A DNA stretch of 64,000 bases from Oscillospiraceae bacterium (GTDB lineage Bacteria; Bacillota; Clostridia; Oscillospirales; QAMX01). The notes beneath the pieces were generated by a model. The model searched no databases and had not been told where the DNA came from. It saw nothing but the letters and a program-made list of their open reading frames with translations. Position numbers and translations under genes: made by a program. This document shows, one piece after another, positions 60,866 through 64,000 of this stretch (positions are counted from its first letter, which is position 1; every line of letters starts with the position of its first letter). The stretch covers positions 3,657 to 67,656 of the forward strand of contig SVLY01000002.1 of NCBI GenBank assembly GCA_015067715.1, in the 5' to 3' direction.

Positions 60866-61546
60866 CTAACCTATAAGCAGGTAGAAGGGATTTATCTTTT
60901 CGGTGGCGGAGATGAGGAAGGACCTTTCGCATATCATCGAGGCAAAGCCCGTGTCAAAGGACGCGTCGATAAGGGGGAGGGTCCAGCTCACAAAGAAGCA
61001 GATAAGCAGTATTGAGGCAAAGGCCATAAGGGCCGCCACAGCCGTGCCTACGATCCTGTCCGGAAGAGACAGGGCAGAGCGGTCGAGGGCGTTGCTTATC
61101 ATCATGTAGAGGAACAGGGCGATTATAAGGAAGGTCAGCAGAATGAAGGCAAAGATAACGGTCTCGGTCATAAGAGAGTCAACGTATTCCGAGAGAGTCT
61201 TTGCAATTGAGCGCTCAAAATCGTCGCTTCTGCTGAGAACAAAGTTTTCAATGCCCGTTGCGGCCTTTGAGCAAAAGCCCCAGGAGCGCATAAGCTCGGA
61301 AATGTCGGTGAGGGGGTCTTCGATAAGGGTCGTGGCGACAAAGGACGAGAGCTTCGTTCCCACGCCGGGCATGGGAAGAGCCTCGGAGAGCACCGGAGTA
61401 ATGGCCTTGGTGAGACGGCTTGCCCCAAAAACGGACAGCGCCGCAAGCCCCAGGCGGATAAGGCTTCGGATAACTCCGCGCTTATATCCCCGCCAAAGAG
61501 AATATGCCAGTATTCCGATCATCAGAAGGTCAAACAGTAGAGCCAA
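60866..61546 (-). CDS. CvpA family membrane protein
   Basis: MALLFDLLMIGILAYSLWRGYKRGVIRSLIRL is a typical CvpA N-terminus. 4 TM helices. Confidence 0.7.
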   Translation of the reverse strand: MALLFDLLMIGILAYSLWRGYKRGVIRSLIRLGLAALSVFGASRLTKAITPVLSEALPMPGVGTKLSSFVATTLIEDPLTDISELMRSWGFCSKAATGIENFVLSRSDDFERSIAKTLSEYVDSLMTETVIFAFILLTFLIIALFLYMMISNALDRSALSLPDRIVGTAVAALMAFASILLICFFVSWTLPLIDASFDTGFASMICERSFLISATEKINPFYLLIG

Positions 61547-61571
61547 GCTATCACCTCGCAGTCTGGGCGGT

Positions 61572-62780
61572 TCAGTTAAGGGTCAGCCCGTCCTCTGAGA
61601 AGAGCACGGCCGTCCCGCGGCGGATAACCGCAATATTTATAATGTCTGGTTCTGTGGATATTATCCGCTCAACGTCCAAAGCGGTGTTGTAGATGACCGC
61701 ATCCCGGCCGGTGAGAATTGCAAGACGGCCGAAAGAAGCGTGGATGGAGAGGATGTCCTCGTTGAGGGTGACTGTACCAGAGAGAACTCCCTGGGAGTCG
61801 GCGTGGATAAGGGAGTATTTTTCGTCGGGGGAGAAGGGGGCAAGCAGGAAGAACATTCCCCCCTGTCCGTCCGGGCAGATGCCCTGCAAGGGCTCTGCAA
61901 AATCACGGCTGACACAGAGCGACCCGTTTACGTCGATAAAGTCGGCGCCGGTTCGGGTGGCAACGGTGAAGCCCAGGTCGGAAACGTAAACGTCCGTGGG
62001 AACGGCGTGACCCAGCTCAACGGAGTGGGCAATTCCCTCGGCGGTGACGTCGAAGATCAGAAAACGTCCCCCAAGGCTTCCCTCGCGCTCCATAACAACG
62101 GAAACGCCAACCTTTTGACTGTCATCATGGTATGCGGAGGCGATGCAGTAATATTCCGAATTGTACCAGCGGTAGACAAGCTGGAATTTTTCGCTGTAGA
62201 CCGTAAGGCAGGAGATATAGCCCTCTGCTTCGCTTATGACCGAGACGATGCCATCCTCGCTGACGGATGCGGATATCACGTTTCCAACGGCCTCTCCGGA
62301 GGAGATAAGTCCGTTTTTGTCGAAGAGCATGAGTGCGCTTCCGCCCCGGTCGTAGGCCAGAAGATATTCTCCGGAGACCCGGAGAGAGGGCTTTGTTATC
62401 ACTGCGGCGTGGGAAAAGCCGCCGCGCCCGTCGGGTGTGGCATAGCGCACGGAGGTGGTCGTTGCAACGGCAAGGCCGTTTTCAAAGGCGGCGTAGACGG
62501 AGCTGTTTCCGCCCACCACGTCTGCCGCGCCCCCAAGGGTGTTAAGGGAGTTTCCGGAGCTTACGTTAACGTACTGCCGCAGAGATTCGGGGGTGAGACG
62601 GTCGCGGTAGTGCACGGCAAGGTAGACCATCGCCACCAGTACCGCCGAAAGAACGGAGATGACAACGGCACGGATTATCCTTGTGCGCCGAACACGGACC
62701 TTACGCCTGGCGGCAAATTCCGCCTCAAGCTGAGCGGTCTCTTCCGGTGTGGTATTAAGTTTTTCCTGCTCGTTGTTCAT
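61572..62780 (-). CDS. membrane-anchored hypothetical protein (DUF5711-like, tentative)
   Basis: 402 aa with a charged N-terminus, a single TM helix (AVVISVLSAVLVAMVYLAV), then a repetitive beta-rich ectodomain. Confidence 0.6.
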   Translation of the reverse strand: MNNEQEKLNTTPEETAQLEAEFAARRKVRVRRTRIIRAVVISVLSAVLVAMVYLAVHYRDRLTPESLRQYVNVSSGNSLNTLGGAADVVGGNSSVYAAFENGLAVATTTSVRYATPDGRGGFSHAAVITKPSLRVSGEYLLAYDRGGSALMLFDKNGLISSGEAVGNVISASVSEDGIVSVISEAEGYISCLTVYSEKFQLVYRWYNSEYYCIASAYHDDSQKVGVSVVMEREGSLGGRFLIFDVTAEGIAHSVELGHAVPTDVYVSDLGFTVATRTGADFIDVNGSLCVSRDFAEPLQGICPDGQGGMFFLLAPFSPDEKYSLIHADSQGVLSGTVTLNEDILSIHASFGRLAILTGRDAVIYNTALDVERIISTEPDIINIAVIRRGTAVLFSEDGLTLN

Positions 62781-62789
62781 TTTTGCTCC

Positions 62790-63578
62790 TTAAAAGAAGA
62801 GTCTTACGTTTGAGTTGATGCCGTCCAGCCCGGGCTCGTCCCCGTACCAGACCTGTTCAAGCCTGAGTCCGCAGGGGGGAAGGGTGATGCCGGCCTCGGT
62901 GCGGTCGCCGGAGAGAAGAAGCTTTTTCACAGCGTCCGGAGGAAGCTTGCCCTCGGAGACGGAAACCAGAGTTCCGGCGATAATGCGCACCATGTTGTAA
63001 AGAAAGCCGTCGGCGCAGATGCGTATCTCAACGCGGTCACAGTCTCCGGTAACGTTGCAGTGGAAAACTGTTCTCACCGGGCTTCTCACAGCGCTTCCCG
63101 ATGCGCAGAAGGCAGAGAAATCGTGGGTGCCAACAAGATCCGCCGCAGCAGATCGCATCAGATCCACGTTAAAGGGGTATGGGCGGAAGGCGGCGCGGTT
63201 TCTCTCGAAGGGGTGGGGGAGAAAGCTGTGGTAAAGGGTGTAGACGTATTCCTTTTTAATGCAGGAGAATCTGGCGTGGAAGCCGTTTGGCACCTGCTGC
63301 GCCCGTCTTACGGAGATATCCGGGGGGAGAAAACCGTGTATCGCCCAGGGAAAGCGGTCAGGGGGGATGGGTGTCTCCGTGCGGAAGCTGGCAATATAGC
63401 TTGCGGCGGAAACTCCGGCGTCCGTTCTGCCGCAACCGGAAAGCTCCGGGCCGGGCCATGCGCCGGTTGCGCGCTGAATGGCCTTTGAGAGGGTCTCCTG
63501 AACGGTGACGGCGTTTTTCTGGATCTGCCAGCCGTGGTAGGCGCTTCCGTCGTAGCAGAGCTCAAGGGCGAGGGTCAT
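62790..63578 (-). CDS. truA: tRNA pseudouridine(38-40) synthase
   Basis: [12 protein letters not shown] and catalytic [11 protein letters not shown]. Confidence 0.9.
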   Translation of the reverse strand: MTLALELCYDGSAYHGWQIQKNAVTVQETLSKAIQRATGAWPGPELSGCGRTDAGVSAASYIASFRTETPIPPDRFPWAIHGFLPPDISVRRAQQVPNGFHARFSCIKKEYVYTLYHSFLPHPFERNRAAFRPYPFNVDLMRSAAADLVGTHDFSAFCASGSAVRSPVRTVFHCNVTGDCDRVEIRICADGFLYNMVRIIAGTLVSVSEGKLPPDAVKKLLLSGDRTEAGITLPPCGLRLEQVWYGDEPGLDGINSNVRLFF

Positions 63579-64000
63579 ATGCCAAACCTGCCTATTCCAA
63601 AATACCCCAGAACGATCACGGCGGCAAGCACCAGAACGAACAGCCCAAGGGCGATATAGTCTCTGGGGGCGGACTTCATGACCTTATACTTGCTTCTTCC
63701 CTCGCCGCCCCGGTAACAGCGGCTCTCCATTGCGGTGGCAAGCTCGTCTGCCCGGCGGAAGGCGCTTACAAACAGGGGGATCAGCAGGGGAATAAGGGAT
63801 CTTGCCCGGCGTATGAGGTTTCCGCTGTCGAAATCGGCGCCGCGGGAACGCTGGGCGGACATGATCTTGTCGGTCTCTTCGATGAGGGTGGGAATAAAGC
63901 GGAGGGCAATGCTCATCATCATCGCAAGCTCGTGGATGGGGAGCTTAAGCTTTTTCAGCGGGGAGAAAAGCTGCTCGATGGCGTCGGTGAGCATGATGGG
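63575..64000 (-). CDS. ecfT: energy-coupling factor transporter transmembrane protein EcfT; N-terminal part lies beyond the window
   Basis: The reading frame is open to position 64000. [28 protein letters not shown] is the conserved EcfT coupling-helix region. Overlaps the truA start by 4 nt. Confidence 0.85.
   Translation of the reverse strand, partial: PIMLTDAIEQLFSPLKKLKLPIHELAMMMSIALRFIPTLIEETDKIMSAQRSRGADFDSGNLIRRARSLIPLLIPLFVSAFRRADELATAMESRCYRGGEGRSKYKVMKSAPRDYIALGLFVLVLAAVIVLGYFGIGRFGI

Noticed and set aside
58338-62813. Plus-strand ORFs 58338..59573 (411 aa) and 61740..62813 (357 aa).
   Set aside because: They are antisense to the Clp ATPase and the membrane-anchored 402-aa protein. 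Their Gly/Asp/Val-rich composition has no motifs.
1-64000. Prophage, integrative element, transposon, CRISPR-Cas or toxin-antitoxin/defence island.
   Set aside because: I recognised no integrase, transposase, recombinase, phage structural, cas, restriction-modification or known defence genes in any frame. The only mobile-looking DNA is the small non-autonomous repeat family. I also recognised no tRNA or rRNA genes.

Overview
This is a visibly GC-rich chromosomal segment; I did not compute the GC value. It has Firmicutes/Clostridia hallmarks: GGAGG Shine-Dalgarno sites, a T-box leader, lipoprotein signal peptides and frequent GTG/TTG starts. By gene content it is most likely an Oscillospiraceae/Ruminococcaceae-like gut anaerobe. 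I support about 55 protein genes and see no rRNA, tRNA, CRISPR array, transposase, integrase or phage genes.

Housekeeping genes include folD-fchA, T-box-controlled thrS, rsuA-type and truA pseudouridine synthases, lysA-like, prmA, mtaB, a Clp ATPase, a DD-carboxypeptidase and ecfT.

Accessory content includes:
- a csoR-copA copper module with a textbook CsoR operator;
- a ZIP transporter;
- a CoADR-rhodanese-sulfite-reductase-like fusion coupled to a FecBCD-type ABC importer;
- four Gfo/Idh/MocA oxidoreductases in two sugar loci;
- azlCD;
- a VTC/DUF4956/beta-helix lipoprotein cluster with a divergent two-component system;
- a GH2 enzyme.

The most unusual region is 34.1-41.2 kb on the minus strand. 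It holds two operons of uncharacterised lipoproteins: three mosaic paralogs with near-identical ends, a small secreted protein and an orphan solute-binding-like lipoprotein. Each operon is preceded by a near-identical, roughly 190-nt leader. The leader folds into a long rod-like hairpin with a U-tract, looks like an intrinsic terminator, and is bracketed by about 14-bp inverted repeats.

The second notable signal is an interspersed intergenic repeat family at 10.8, 20.0-20.4 and 28.6 kb. It combines a 114-bp unit with terminal inverted repeats and arrays of tiny triloop hairpins separated by conserved AT-rich spacers.

Many long ORFs in the track are antisense shadows of real genes and were rejected.
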